Assembly (NCBI RefSeq): GCF_009914755.1
Contig: NC_060942.1
Source: the human T2T-CHM13v2.0 reference genome, Homo sapiens
Length of the DNA: 64,000 nt
Reading direction: 5' to 3' (one strand)
Shown here: piece by piece, positions 33,413 to 54,229 of the stretch
How positions within the stretch are numbered: position 1 is the stretch's first letter
Layout: every line of letters starts with the position of its first letter
The notes under the pieces: model-generated
Database searches by the model: none
What the model was told of the DNA's origin: nothing
What the model saw: only the letters and a program-made list of their open reading frames with translations
Made by a program: the position numbers and the translations under genes

Positions 33413-35257
33413 TGAGGACACTTCATTGCACATCTTTCATTGTATATCTGTGTGAATATTTTATTAGTGTTTCTCTACCTTACTGGGAGGTGCATAAGAT
33501 TAGGGATCATTTATTTCTCACTGCATACTAATAGCACAAAGCAGACCCTTAGCAGATGCTCAATAAATGCTTGTTTAATTTATTTACAAATAATGGAGGG
33601 AAACGAATGTTGCTTCACACTCATTTTATCTAAAATAATGAAGATCACTCATTTTTTTTCATTTGGTATACCAAAGATACGAATACGCCTGTTTACCTTA
33701 CAACAAATGCGTCAGTAGACTCAGAGCTTGAATTAATTTCTTTCAGAGTAAAAAGTTACATTTACATAGGATCTATAGATTTCTGAGCATGATGTTCCAG
33801 GTTGTTAATTTGAAAATAGCTCTGTATGACTAGAAAGATTTTAGTGTTTGAATATGACATTTGACTACCTGATGAAGGCATAGCTCCTCTCAGCAAAAAA
33901 CTAGAGGCAGATTCAAGAGATCTTGTGAGAACACCAGAGCACAGTGGTCACGTGTGTGGAGCAAGACCATCTCAGGTTGAAACCCAGCTCCAGCACTTCC
34001 GGCAATGTGACCTCAGCAAATTTATCTTCTCTTTGTTCTGCAGTTTTCTGTTCTGCAAAGTGCTACTAGGTGATGATTCAATGAGTTAAATCATGTAAAT
34101 AACTTACATGGGAAAACCTGAACCCATATCTTTTTCTTGTAGCCTATAAGAGAGTAGCAAACTGTCATCTTTGTTCTGTTTGTTTCCAAATTCTGTTTTC
34201 TGATATGATTGTGCTTGAGACAGTCTAAACTCCTTAGTGTGACTTCAAAACCATTCAGGAGCCGTCTCTTACTTGTATCTCCGGCATTTTCTTGTGTTAC
34301 TTTCTATCCCTTGTACTAAATGCTCTATCCACAAGGAATTACATGCCCTTGACTCTGTCTTGTTTGAAGGAGTTGCTGATAGTGGTATTTAGACATAGAC
34401 CCATAGTATTCTTGCTCCTGCGTTTTGCTAGGATAGATCCTCAGATACCACCTCCTGTAGTCATCATAGTCCTCACGTTCAGAGTGGAGGTCAAGTCTGT
34501 GTGCTCCCTTAACCTGCTGTGTACACTCTATGCTTGTACTTACCACATTCCATAAACATATGTACACACACATAATCATATATATATATACACACACAAT
34601 ACACATATACATACATTAATACATATACAGATATATGCATGTGTGTATATATATGTATACGCATGTACATTATATATAATTTGTCTCTACTTGTAAAGCA
34701 ATCAGGGAAGGTTATAAGACAGGATATTAAAATATGTAAGTTTTAAGATGGCTTTAAATGACTTCGAGGAAATGGCTGAGCTCATGGAGGATCAAGTACA
34801 GTAGGCAGTTTAGGATTTTTAAAGCCCTTTGATGTTTTGGAGAGCACGGCACTCATCATTGCAGCCTAGGCTGGTTCACTTGCAATGTAGCTAAAGAAAC
34901 TATTGTAGCATTATCTCATGATGGCTGAATATTTGAAGAGAACTAAAGAAACGTTGTGGATGTATAACTCCAGGAACTCATTGCCTTAGTGACTGCACAA
35001 AAAGGGCACCATATGGACTTGATTCAATTTGTGGTTGTTCTCCAAGAATGCATTTCCCAACCACCGAATCCCACACATGAGCTATGCCTGTTTTGTAAAT
35101 GTTCCTCTGAGGTTTACTTGGATGAAAACTTCAGTGGGAAGAATTTGCCATCTTTATTGCTGTCTCCTTAGTGCCGAATACCATATTGATTTTTATTTTT
35201 ATTTTTAATTTATATAAGTTATTATTGAGGCAAAGTTAACATAATATAAAATCAACC

Positions 35258-35389
35258 TTTTTTTTTTTTTTTTTTGAGACAGAATCTCACTCTGTCCCCC
35301 AGGCTGGAGTGCAATGGCACGATCTCAGCTCACTGCAACCTCCGCCTCCTGGATTCAAGAAATTCTCCTGCCTCAGCTCCCAAGTAGCT
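35258..35389 (-). mobile_element. Truncated AluS (part of right arm only)
   Basis: PolyT plus gagacagaatctcactctg...cctcagctcccaagtagct, then an abrupt switch to L1. Confidence 0.9.
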
Positions 35390-36352
35390 CTTGAAATTGA
35401 GAAATATGAGTCCTCCAAGTTTGCTTTAATTTATTTTTTACTATTATGGCTACTTACAATTCCATATGAATTTTGGATCAGGTTTTCTCTTTTTTTAATG
35501 GAAATTACATTGATTCTGTAGATCACTTGTGGCAGTGGGGTATTGTCATCTAAACACTATGAAGTCTTTAAGTCGATGAACATATAATGCCTTTCTATTT
35601 ATTTCTGCCTGCTTTAATTTATTTTGGCAATGTTTTTTACTTTCAGTATACAAGTCTTGCATATTCTTGGTTAAATGTATTGCTAAGTATTATATTCTTT
35701 TTGATCCATTATTTTCTTATTTCATTTTCATATTATTAATTGCTACGGCATGGAAATGCAACTGATTTTTTGTGTGTTGATCTTGTATTCTGCCACTTTG
35801 ATAAATTTGCTTTTTAGTTTAATAGATTTGTGTGTGGGTTTTCAAAGATTACCTATGTATATTATTAGGTTTACCTATAGATATAACCAGTTTGAGTACC
35901 ATTGATTTATTTTTCTTAACCAGTACTACTAGTACAACATTGAATAGTCCTGGCTAAAGTGTTCATCCTTTTCTTGTTCCTAGTCTTAGAGGGAAGGTTT
36001 TCAGTCTTTCACTGTTTTGTATAATGCTAGTTATGAACTTTTCATAAACGCCTTTTATCAGGTTGAGGAAATTCCCTTCTCTTCCCAGATTATTAAGTGT
36101 TCTTATCATGAAACAGTTTGTTTGGGATTTTGTCAGATGCTTTTTTGGGGGGGGGATTTAATCGAGGTCATCATATAGATTTTTTTCCTTCAGTCTATTG
36201 TGGCATATTACTTTAATTGACTTTCATATGTTGAACCACTCTTTCATTTCTAAAATAAATCTCACTTGGTTATTGTGTATATATTCTTTTAAATATGTTG
36301 CTAGATTCAGCTTAGTAGTATTTTTTGGAGAATATCAAAAATCTATTTTCTT

Positions 36353-36500
36353 GGCCAGGCATAGTGGCTCATGTCTATAATCCCAGTGCTTTGAGAGGCT
36401 GACACGGGAGGATCACTTGAGCCCAGTAGTCCAAGGTCACAGTGAGCTATGACTGCATCATTGCAATCTAGCCTTGGTGACACAGCGAGGTTATGTCTTT
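36353..36500 (+). mobile_element. Alu monomer (FRAM-like)
   Basis: Single monomer of about 150 bp containing the right-arm segment cagtgagctatgactgcatcattgca. Confidence 0.75.
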
Positions 36501-36651
36501 TACAAAATGTTTTTGGTAATATCTTTTATATTCCTTATTTATATAAGATCTGTAGTAATGCCTCTACTTTCATTCCTGATTTTAGTAATTTGAGTCCTCT
36601 CTTTTTTTCGTGGTCAGTCTATCAGAAAGTTTGTTGATAGTATTTATATTT

Positions 36652-38153
<1,502 letters not shown>

Positions 38154-38897
38154 TCAAAGAGCCAACATTAGGTTTTGTTGATTCTCTCTATTCTTTATTT
38201 CATTCATCTCCACTATAATCTTCATAAGTTTCTTTCTTCTATATTCCTTCAGTGCTTAGCCAGGCCATTAACAGCCCTGCCTTAGCTTTCACCTCCTATT
38301 TTCATGGAGTCAGAAGGTGAGCCCGTGATGAAAGCTGAGGTTATTTTCTGCTTTTAACAGAGTATGTGTATAGCCCTGGGCATGTAATTAGTCTTCTTGA
38401 TATTCTGGTATAAACAGATATTTTAAAAGTAAACATATCTCTTTTCCTAACCTCTTCTTCCCTGGAGTTTGGTTATATTGCCTGTTATATTCCTTATCTC
38501 AGGTTTCCAGTGACCTTTAAAGACTTTTGGCAAATGTTATCCCAGCCCTGAGAATGTATTGGTTCAGACAAATTAACTGTAGCCCTCAAGCTAGTCATTC
38601 AGGGAGCTTTGAAAGACAGGTCAAAACACAGCCACAGTTCTTTGATAATAGCAATTGCATTGCTCATTTTGGCACTAGCAGCCTGAAGAAGGAGTGTGGT
38701 CTGCTGCTGTCTTTATCGCCATCACTCATCTGGAAAGTGGGAGATGGTAGGCAGACAACTTAAAATGCCACAGTGATTTCTTACACTGATGCAGCAAATT
38801 CTTACTTCATTAAACTTTCACCAGATTGTTTTAAGTGTTTAACTAGATTTTAGAATTCTGAAAAAGTTGACTCTGAGACTTTTTGCTGGCATTGTAG

Positions 38898-39306
<409 letters not shown>

Positions 39307-40566
39307 TGATTATACCATCCTTGGTCCTTAATGAGAGATTATTAATTTTTGGAACATTGAATAATCAGAAGTATTGTTATATTTGTAAATAAATGTTAGT
39401 TGCAATAAAAGTGACATATTTACTATTTATTCTACCAATACTGAGTGCCATGTATATATTTGAAAAATATGGCAATTTTCTATTTCAGATGTGGCAATAT
39501 ATTTCAATTGCCACATTTTTCAAAAGTAGAATATATCAAAATGCATGTTATATAGAGAGTTGCCAAATAATTTGTCACCCAAATCTGGATACTTTGAAAG
39601 TACAAAGAAGAGCTGACAAGACAGGAAACTAGGGTTAAGGTATAACCAGGACTGTATTAGACTAATTTGTACATATGTTCATCCTAGAGATCTTTCGCTC
39701 TCTTTAGTAATTGATAATCCTGACTTCTAGTCTAGTTAGTTGTGGTCTTTAATTACTAGTTTTTGTTATTCTTGTATATTTATGCAAAGAGTTTATTGCT
39801 AAAAAGTTGGGTGCAAGATAAGTCTACTTTTGGTATAATACTATATGAACAGTAGTTTCCATTATCACTTAAGAATAATCAAGTTTATGGCAGATACAAT
39901 GTGAGAAACCTTTGCTTCAGCATTGTAGAAATGTGATCTAATATGCAGAATTGAGGAATTAAGAGCTTTTCTCTTAGTTGTAAACTTTGACATAAATCTG
40001 TAAATAAGACCAAAGAAAGAAAATAGCTAGATAATAAGTTCATATCTTAATAGCATATGTTATCGAAATACCTTAGCATTTGAAATAAGGAATTTTTCAT
40101 TAACTACTAATTTAATAGCAAAACTTTATTGGGTCTTAAATAATATATAACCATGTATGAAAATAGCTGTGGAAGCTCAAGGAGGCCTGCCTGCCTCTGT
40201 AGGCTCCACCTCTGGGGGCAGGGCACAGACAAACAAAAAGACAGCAGGAACCTCTGCAGACCTAAATGTCCCTGTCTGACAGCTTTGAAGAGAGCAGTGG
40301 TTCTCCCAGCACGCAGATGGAGATCTGAGAACGGGCAGACTGCCTCCTCAAGTGGGTCCCTGACCCCTGACCCCCGAGCAGCCTAACTGGGAGGCACCCC
40401 CCAGCAGGGGCACACTGACACCTCACACGGCAGGGTATTCCAACAGACCTGCAGCTGAGGGTGCTGTCTGTTAGAAGGAAAACTAACAAACAGAAAGGAC
40501 ATCCACACCGAAAACCCATCTGTACATCACCATCATCAAAGACCAAAAGTAGGTAAAACCACAAAG

Positions 40567-41583
40567 ATGGGGAAAAAACAGAACAGAAAAACTGGAAACT
40601 CTAAAACACAGAGCGCCTCTCCTCCTCCAAAGGAACGCAGTTCCTCACCAGCAACGGAACAAAGCCGGATGGAGAATGACTTTGACGAGCTGAGAGAAGA
40701 AGGCTTCGGACGATCAAATTACTCTGAGCTACGGGAGGACATTCAAACCAAAGGCAAAGAAGTTGAAAACTTTGAAAAAAATTTAGAAGAATGTATAACT
40801 AGAATAACCAATACAGAGAAGTGCTTAAAGGAGCTGATGGAGCTGAAAACCAAGGCTCGAGAACTACGTGAAGAATGCAGAAGCCTCAGGAGCCGATGCG
40901 ATCAACTGGAAGAAAGGGTATCAGCAATGGAAGATGAAATGAATGAAATGAAGCGAGAAGGGAAGTTTAGAGAAAAAAGAATAAAAAGAAATGAGCAAAG
41001 CCTCCAAGAAATATGGGACTATGTGAAAAGACCAAATCTACGTCTGATTGGTGTACCTGAAAGTGATGCGGAGAATGGAACCAAGTTGGAAAACACTCTG
41101 CAGGATATTATCCAGGAGAACTTCCCCAATCTAGCAAGGCAGGCCAACGTTCAGATTCAGGAAATACAGAGAACGTCACAAAGATACTCCTCGAGAAGAG
41201 CAACTCCAAGACACATAATTGTCAGATTCACCAAAGTTGAAATGAAGGAAAACATGTTAAGGGCAGCCAGAGAGAAAGGTTGGGTTACCCTCAAAGGGAA
41301 GCCCATCAGACTAACAGCGGATCTCTTGGCAGAAACCCTACAAGCCAGAAGAGAGTGGGGGCCAATATTCAACATTCTTAAAGAAAAGAATTTTCAACCC
41401 AGAATTTCATATCCAGCCAAACTAAGCTTCATAAGTGAAGGAGAAATAAAATACTTTACAGACAAGCAAATGCTGAGAGATTTTGTCACCACCAGGCCTG
41501 CCCTAAAAGAGCTCCTGAAAGAAGCGCTAAACATGGAAAGGAACAACCGGTACCAGCCGCTGCAAAATCATGCCAAAATGTAA
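40567..41583 (+). CDS. ORF1: LINE-1 ORF1p, full-length 338 aa open frame
   Basis: MGKKQNRKTGNSKTQSASPPPK...YQPLQNHAKM; REKG, ARR and YPAKLS motifs are intact. Confidence 0.9.
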   Translation: MGKKQNRKTGNSKTQSASPPPKERSSSPATEQSRMENDFDELREEGFGRSNYSELREDIQTKGKEVENFEKNLEECITRITNTEKCLKELMELKTKARELREECRSLRSRCDQLEERVSAMEDEMNEMKREGKFREKRIKRNEQSLQEIWDYVKRPNLRLIGVPESDAENGTKLENTLQDIIQENFPNLARQANVQIQEIQRTSQRYSSRRATPRHIIVRFTKVEMKENMLRAAREKGWVTLKGKPIRLTADLLAETLQARREWGPIFNILKEKNFQPRISYPAKLSFISEGEIKYFTDKQMLRDFVTTRPALKELLKEALNMERNNRYQPLQNHAKM

Positions 41584-41646
41584 AGACCATCGAGACTAGG
41601 AAGAAACTGCATCAACTAATGAGCAAAATCACCAGCTAACATCATA

Positions 41647-45468
<3,822 letters not shown>

Positions 45469-48400
45469 ACAATGAGATCACATGGACACATGAAGGGGAA
45501 TATCACCCTCTAGGGACTGTGGTGGGGTGGGGGGAGGGGGGAGGGATAGCATTGGGAGATATACCTAAGGCTAGATGACGAGTTAGTGGGTGCAGCGCAC
45601 CAGCACGGCACATGTATACATATGTAACTAACCTGCACAATGTGCACATGTACCCTAAAACTTAAAGTATAATTAAAAAAAAAGAAAAGAAAAGAAAAGA
45701 AAATAGCTGTGGAACATTTTCAACTTTGTTTAGAATTCGCCTTTAGGTACTTTTGCTGAATAGCTATAGCAAAAAAAAAAAAAAAAGAAAAGAAAAAGAA
45801 AAAAGGAAACAAAAAAGAAAAACCAAGCTGAAATTCATTAATGTGTAAAAGCACAGAACATCATGAAAGAAAGAATAGTAACTAGTAGGTATGCTTCTAG
45901 CAGTAATTGCAGTGACACACAGGATTGCAAAATAACACTGAAAGGCATTCTTGCAAGGTCAAAAGCCACTTGACCTACTTTATTTTTTAAGTCTGAAGAA
46001 AGCTTTTCATACACGGAGAGTCTGTAAGTTTATTTTGCATGTGTGTGTTTGTTTTTAACACATAAAGTGAACATTGACTCAACTATTTTTAACAGAAATA
46101 TATGTGAATAATTCATTCTATAAAATACCTCATTTTTTGTTTCTCTGTCTTTCACTCTGTCTCTGATATTACATGTGGCATATGCATTGAAATTGTGTGG
46201 AGTCACAATTGTATATTGGGAGATATTTTATCAATGTATCAGTTTGTTTTTACATAGGGATGGGAAGTAAGATACATAGAGGCTTAGGATTTTAACTGAT
46301 GGCAGATGAGAAGAATGTAACATTTTAGGGGTAAATGCCACAGCATAAAATGTAAAATATTGGCAGTCCTTCTCCTTCAGTAAAATTACCTACAGCTGTA
46401 TTGGCAAATAACTTGTCATTTATATTCAAAAAGCTAAATGATGGGCAATTTGGACTCATTTACCTTTTTAAAATCCATACAAATAATGACAACATTAATC
46501 TTATTTCCCCCAAAAAAGTATAAACTAGTTTGAAATGCCAATTGTCTAAAGAGACCTACACTGACTATAGTGTATCCAAATTAAAAATCATAATTTAAAA
46601 GAGGGATTAAAGACTTCAAATTTGTTTGAAATATACATGATACAAGATTACAAATCTGTTTCTGCCATATAGAAATAAACATTTAGCATTCACCCATTGT
46701 AGTCAAGAACCGTATCTACTACCTCAAAACACCCCTCTTTTTTCATGATATCAAAACATTGTTTTTATTCCAGGAATTATGTCAAAAATTAAGCCTTTTT
46801 TTCCTAAATTTCAACTTTTATTTTCTATACAAGGGGTACTTGGGCAGGTTTGTTACATGAGTATATTGCATCCTGGTAGTGAGCATAGTACCCAATAGGT
46901 AATTTTTCAACCCATGCATCACTCCCTTTCCCCTCTAGTGTCTGTTGTTTCCATATTTATGTTCATATGTGGTCAATGTTTAGCTCCTACTTATAAGTGA
47001 GAACATATGGTATTTGGCTTCCTGTGCCTCCATTAATTCTCTTAGGATAATGGCCTCCAGTTGCATCCATGTTGCTGCAAAGGACATGATTTCATTCTTT
47101 TTTATGGCTATGCAGTATTCCATGGTGTATATGTATCATATTTTCTTTATCCACCTTACTGCTGATGGATACCTAAATTGAGTCCATGTCTTTGCTATCA
47201 TGATTAGTGCTGCTGAGAATATATGAATACATGTATCTTTATGGTAGAATGATTTATATTCTTTTGGGTCTATACCCATGAATGGGATTGCTGGGTCAAA
47301 TGGTAGCTCCATTTTAAGTTCTTTGAGAAATCTCCAAACTGCTTTCCACAGTGGCTGAACTAATTTTCTTTCCTACGAAAAGTGTATAAGTGTTCCCTTT
47401 TCTTCGAAGTCTTGCCAGTATCCATTGTTTTTTGACTTCTTAATAATAGCCATTTTGACTGGTGTGAAATGGTATCTCACTGTGGTTTTGATTTGCATTT
47501 CTCTGATGATTAATGATGATGAGCATTTTTCATGTTTGTTGGCCACTTGTATGTTTTCTTTTGAGAAGTGTCTGTTCATGTCCTTTGCCCATTTTTAATG
47601 GGGTTATTTGATTTTTGCTTGTTGATTTGTTTAAGTTCCTTACAGATTCTGGATATTAGACCTTTGTTGGATGCATAGTGTGTGAATAATTTTCTCCCAT
47701 TCTGTAGATTATCTATTTACTATGTTGATAGTTTCTTTCACTGTGTGAATGTTCTTTATTTTAATTAGGTCCTACTTGTCAATTTTTGGTTTTCTTGCAA
47801 TTGCTTTTGGGGACTTAGCCAAAAATTCTTTGCCAAGACCAACATTAAGAAGGCTATTTGCTAGGTTTTCTTCTAGGATTTTTAGACATTCAGATGTTAT
47901 ATTTAAATCTCTAACTTATCTTGAGTTAATTTTTGTATATTGTGAAAGATAAGGTTCTAGTTTCATTCTTCTGCATATGGCTAGCCAGTTATCCCAGCAC
48001 AATTAATTGAATAGAGAGTCCTTTCTCTGTTGCTTGTTTTTGTTGGCTGTGCTATAGGTGTGCATTTTTATTTCTGAGTTTTCTATTATGTTCCACTGGT
48101 CTATGTGTCTGTTTTTGTACCAGTAGTATGCTGTTTTGGTTACTCTAGTCCTATAGTATAGTCTGAAGTCAGGTGATGTGATGCCTCAAGTCTGGTTCTT
48201 TTTTGCTTAGGATTGCTTTGCCTATTTGGGCTCTCTTTTCATTCATTATGCATTTTAGAATAGTTTATTTCTAATTCTGTGAGGAATGTCATTGGTAGTT
48301 TGATAGGAATAGCATTGAATCTGTAAATTTATTTGGATAGTATGGCCATTTTAATGATATTGATTCTTTCAGTCCATGAGCATGGAATGTTTTTCAATTT

Positions 48401-48474
48401 GTTTGTGTCATCTCAGATTTATTTGAGCAGCATTTGGTAGTTCTCCAGCAGCACATCAAAAAGTTAATTCACAT

Positions 48475-48800
48475 GCCAGGCGCGGTGGCTCACGCCTGTA
48501 ATCTCAGCACTTTGGGAGGCCAGGGTGGGTAGATCACCTGAGGTCAGGAGTTTGAGACCAGCCTGGCCAACATGGTGAAAGCTGTCTCTACTAAAAATAC
48601 AAGAATTTGCTGGGCGTGGTGGCGCATGCCTGTAATCCCAGCTACTTGGGAGGCTGAGGCAGAAGAATCACTTGAACCCGTGAGGCAGAACTTACAGCAA
48701 GCCAAGTTACAGCAAGCCAAGGTCATGCCATTGCACTCCAGCCTGGGCAACAAGAGCAAACCTCCGTGTTACAAAAACAAAAACAAAACGAAACAAAAAA
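48475..48800 (+). mobile_element. AluS with internal 15-bp duplication
   Basis: Dimer; ttacagcaagccaag occurs twice in the right arm. Confidence 0.93.
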
Positions 48801-49421
48801 CTTTTTCACCACAATCAAGTAGGCTTTATGCCTGGGATGCAAGGCTGGTTCAACATATGCAAATCAACAAATGTGATTCACCACATAAAAAGAATTAAAA
48901 GCAAAAACATATATCATCTCAACAGACACAGAAAAAGCTTTTGATAAAATCCAGCATCCTTTCATGATAATAGTCCTCAAAAGACTAGGCATCAAATGAA
49001 TATACCTCAAAATAATAACAGCCTTGTATGACAAACCCAAGGCCAATATCATACTGACTGGGTAAAAGCTAGAAGCATTCCCTTCGAGGATACAAAGTAA
49101 GGATGCCCACTCTCACCACTCCTACTCAACATAGTACTGGAAGTCCTAGTCAGAGAAGTCAGGCAAGGGAAAGGAATAAAAGGAATCCAAATATGAAATG
49201 AAGTCAAACTATTTCTCTTCACTATCAATATCTACACTTAGAAAACCCTAAAGATTATGTCAAAATGCTACTAGATCTGATAAACAATTTTAGCAAGGTT
49301 TCAGGATACAAAATCAGTGTACAAAAATCAGTAGCATTTCTATACACCAATAATGCCCAGACTGAGAATCAAATCAAGAACACAATCCCACTTACGGTAG
49401 CCAAAAAGAAAGTGAAATACC

Positions 49422-49761
<340 letters not shown>

Positions 49762-49800
49762 CTAACCAAGGAGGTGAGAAATCTCAAAAAAAAATATTTT

Positions 49801-49823
49801 GTGTGTGTGTGTGTGTGTGTGTG
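49801..49823. repeat. (GT)n microsatellite
   Basis: Seen directly. Confidence 0.95.
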
Positions 49824-52800
49824 AAGGTGCCACGTAATGTATTGCATTCCAAACTCAATAAATTAAATTTTAGTAACCCCTAAAATTAGCCTTTTATACT
49901 TTCTAGGGCTCATACATTTCTGTTAATATTATGTGCTTGTTTCTTATTTAAAATCTATTCTCCAAGTTTTTCTGGCCCTATTTGTTGGTCCTCATGTTAT
50001 GGAGTTGATAACATCAATAATAATTATTGACCAATCTTTATCAAGTATTTAAAATGTGTCAATGTTCTTGGCATTTCAATTTTAAAATAATTCATTGTTC
50101 ACCTGCTATTACAGTTGAGGAATATCACATTTTTAAAACAAGAGCAAATCCCAATCAGCATTGTTTCCAGGACTTGTGCTCAGAACGATGAAACTCACTG
50201 TCATGGTCATTGTTATAGAAAGTACTGCCTTCTGTTTCTGTATTTATATTCACCATCACTAAGCTTTCATCACTGTACTCAGAACTTTACTATTTTTAGC
50301 ACAGTAAATAATATTTCATAATTCTCATTTAGGGAAAAACTCAAAAGAAATGCGAAAGCAATATATTGGTTACTTTTGGTGCTTGGCTTGAATATGCAGA
50401 GTTTAAAAAAAATACATTTCAGATGATATTTGCTAAATAACCCAACCCAATTTTGGTGTTATATGTGTGGGTAAAAGTTGTTGGAGAAACTACCTTCTTA
50501 TTGTGTTATTTGTGTTTAAATATTACTTTTCCTATTTCTTTAATAGCATTTAGGAACTCTTTTATAAAATTTAATTTATAACCAATTTATCTCATTAGTC
50601 GTTTTAATACTTAAATTGTTCCAAATGTAGCCAGTGAGAGCTTATTTAAGCTGACTTCTGGGCCCTTTTGCCATTTCCTTGTCAGTTTTTAAGCACTTCT
50701 GTACTTTCTGGCACAATATATAAGGGATATAAGGGAGAGGAGAAAATTCCTCATTACTAAGGAATGACAAGTGAAAATGCAAAATGATTGATGTAAATAG
50801 AAAGACATATTTTTCACAATTACTAAAGCAGTCACTGAACCACTCAAACATCATCAATCGTTGGGTGAAAAACAGAAAACAGGATATTCACAACTTAAGT
50901 AATAAAACTTATCACCAATGATAGGTCAGGTGTAATTATTGTACATTGACATGATGCAATAACAAGGAGATATATATGTTAATACATCTATCATATATCA
51001 ATAAAATATACATATATTGAGGTATATTAATATCAATGTTTTATGCAGGTGTAGCTAAATAATATCAGTCAGTTTATGCTTTATGTAAAACTGTTAGATG
51101 AACTCAATCAATGTATTTGTACATGAATATATTAATGTTTCCATATCTATATAACATCCCAAAATAGTAATTAAATATTAAGTCATGCATACCCTTCATG
51201 AACACTGAAGAAATTGTAACAAATTGTTGATATCTGGCAAACTCATTGGTATGGTAAATTTATATAATCAGTTATGTGTTTTTATTATTTTGCAACTAAA
51301 CCACTGAATATACTACTTTTCTACTCATAAAGACGTGTTAAAATAGTGGCTTCTTGCCTTATAATTGTATTGCCCTCTTTCATTCTTCATAAGCATCATT
51401 TAAAAGCCTACCTCTGCCTTTCCTGCAGTCTCATCTTGACTTCGATCATGCCCACTTTTTAACTGTCAGAGCAGCAACACTTTCTGCTTCATACTTGGTC
51501 TTTTGAACCTGTCTTGTTTCTGTGTGTGTGTGCACGTGCAAAATAATATGGTACTATGTTTGAGGAAAGCACAGAAAAGCCTTAAACTGAGTTACATTTC
51601 CCGAAGTGCCTTTCCCATAGCCTTGCTCTTAGGAAGTTCTGAATATTTGTGGAATGGCACTGACATCTTTGTCATTATTATTAATTATTTTTAATAGTAG
51701 TAGTGGTATTGTAAAGCAAGCACATTCTTTTTTGGTTCTGATGAACACATATACTTCAGAAACACACACACACATTGTCTCTCTCTCAGAAACACACTCA
51801 CAAACTTATAAATGTATTTTATTAGAAGCACTTGCAATCTTATCTGGAACTCAGAAATGCTTCCCAGAATTACTTTTATGTTTTATGAGTTTATTTTTGC
51901 TTATTTTCAAGCCTCTTCTATTTCCTTTAGTTTCTGACCTGCCATATTCCTCATCACTCAAAGCAAATCACCTCACCTCCCACTCCACCATGGGAACAGC
52001 TGGCAGGGGCTCCTCAGTTCCTGATAAACGCCTGGCAGTCTTACTGGCCTCTATTAAATAAATTCCCTTTATTCATCTCATCTGCTTACGGTGGAGCACA
52101 TATCCCTATTTGGTCTAAATTCCTCCCAGCTTTTCTCTGAATCATATCACCTCTTGGAGGCCCTATTTAATCTATTAATGTTATGCTTTCCTCCAATCTT
52201 TATATTATTTATCTCACCCCACTTTTATTCCAGCTGTTATAAACATCTTTTCAAAACCCTCTTTAAACCTAATATTAAAAGCATTTTTGATCTCATATCC
52301 TCCTCTAGTCATAGTCCTATTGTTGTTTGCTAAGCAAATTTTTGAAGTGACTTCATATGTCTTTGTGTATGTGTACATGTGTCTTAAGAATTTGAAATAG
52401 AAATGGCAGTGCAGTTCATCATCTTCTTTGATCCTCTCTTACCATCTTGTGGATTAAGTCATCTTGTAAAACTCCAGTTTGTCTTGTCTCTTAAAACTTC
52501 CCACGCAGCTCAAAAGCCTTAATCCTTGTTGTCGCCTATAGGATCTTTCTAGGTGCTTATGCCTGTTCTTCCTTTTGTCCAGACTACTTTCCCTTGCATT
52601 TTCAAAAGGAAGACAAATTCCCTTGAAATTTCTCATCCTCTTGTCTGGTTAGTTGCTAATAATTTTTCAAGTAGATAGGATATCTCTTTTTGGATATCTT
52701 CCTTGAAATTCCAAAGTGTGTTACATTTCCCCTATGTGCTTTCATGCCATTGATTAGATCATATAATAATTGTCTATTTATTTGTCTGTATTTCCCTCTA

Positions 52801-53596
52801 TCATAAGGTTTATGAAACCAAGCGCCCTGTGTATTTTTTTAACCATGTGCTTTCAAAATCTTGTAGGAGGCCTGTCAGATGGAAGCTATTCACTAACCAC
52901 TGATTAAATGAAATCTTAGCTATTGGCCTTCTTGCATAGGCTATTAAGTGTAGTATATTTCTGTGTGTATGTGTGTGTCTGTGTGTATGTGTGTGTCCTC
53001 AAACTATTCCTTGTGCTATGAAGGTTAAGAATATTTACAAAAGTATCCTCAGACATCAGCTTTTCATGAATATTTTGATTACATTATTGCTTCTTTCAAT
53101 TTTGGTATTAAAAATTCTAAATGTCATGGGTATTTAAAGGTATATTTATTCAGCACATTGTTGTAAATGATAGAAAGCCCCTTTCCTGTTTGTGCTAGAT
53201 TTTGGTCTTTATTTTTATTAAAAGCTTCAGTGAATTGCTTTGGCTTTAAAAAATGTTTTTATACAGCATTCATGTACGGTATTAACTGATTAATCCTTCT
53301 GCCGGAAGATTATGAAACTCTCAAATCTGAACAGAATTCAACAAATCCAGATTAATAGCATTTAAGCATTGGAAAGGTGGTTTCTCTTGGGAGCTTGGGC
53401 AATTATTTTAAACTCTGTACCGAAGTAACTCAAGCCATTAAGAAATGTCCTGCCTTTTAAATTCTTTGAGCCCAAAGAGATGACTGACAACTCTGCCTGC
53501 TTTTCATTACCCTTCATCAGATCAGCCTGTATTAACAGACTAAAAGGAAATTGGAATTTAGTCTATGGCTAAGCATTTTGAAATATATTTAGTGAC

Positions 53597-53943
53597 TGTC
53601 TTAGTCCATTTGGATGGCTGTAACAAAATAACATCAATTGGGTTGCTTATGTACAACAGAAATGTGTTTCTCATGGTGCTGGAGGCTGGGATGTCCAAGA
53701 CTGGTGTCTAGTGAGGGCCTGCTTCCCGGTTCATAGATGGCACCTTAGCTGTGTCCTCGCCATGGTGGAAGGGATGAGGGGTCTCTCTCAGGCCTCTCCT
53801 ATAAGGGCACCAGGCCTAATCATGAAGGTTCTGCCCTCTGTACCTAATAACCTCCCCAGGGCCTCTCCTCTCCCCAGCATCACCGTGGCGATTAGGATTT
53901 CCACACATCAATCTTGGGAGAACACCAAAATTCTACCATAGCA
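53597..53943 (-). mobile_element. MLT1A-like MaLR LTR
   Basis: tgtcttagtccattt...ctggaggctgggatgtccaaga...attaggatttccacacat...accatagca. Confidence 0.85.
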
Positions 53944-54229
53944 GTTTCTCCCTCTCCCTTCAGAAGGAGCCCTTGGGAGTGCTCTTCAGCAGCCCTTGGC
54001 ATTTGGAGATGAACAGCAACATCTGTTATATTGCTGTTTACTGTTGGCTTCTCCTGCTCCCTCTTCCATATCATCTCCCCTTAGGAATGTTTTCTTTTAT
54101 GCAAAACACTAGTTTTGCCATTAAGCTAACTGAAACACTAAGCTAACTCATTTCTGAGTAAGATACTTGAGAGAGAACTCCACAGAGCACTTCCAGTTCT
54201 ATTGGCTACAAGACTGTTTCCTTGACCTT

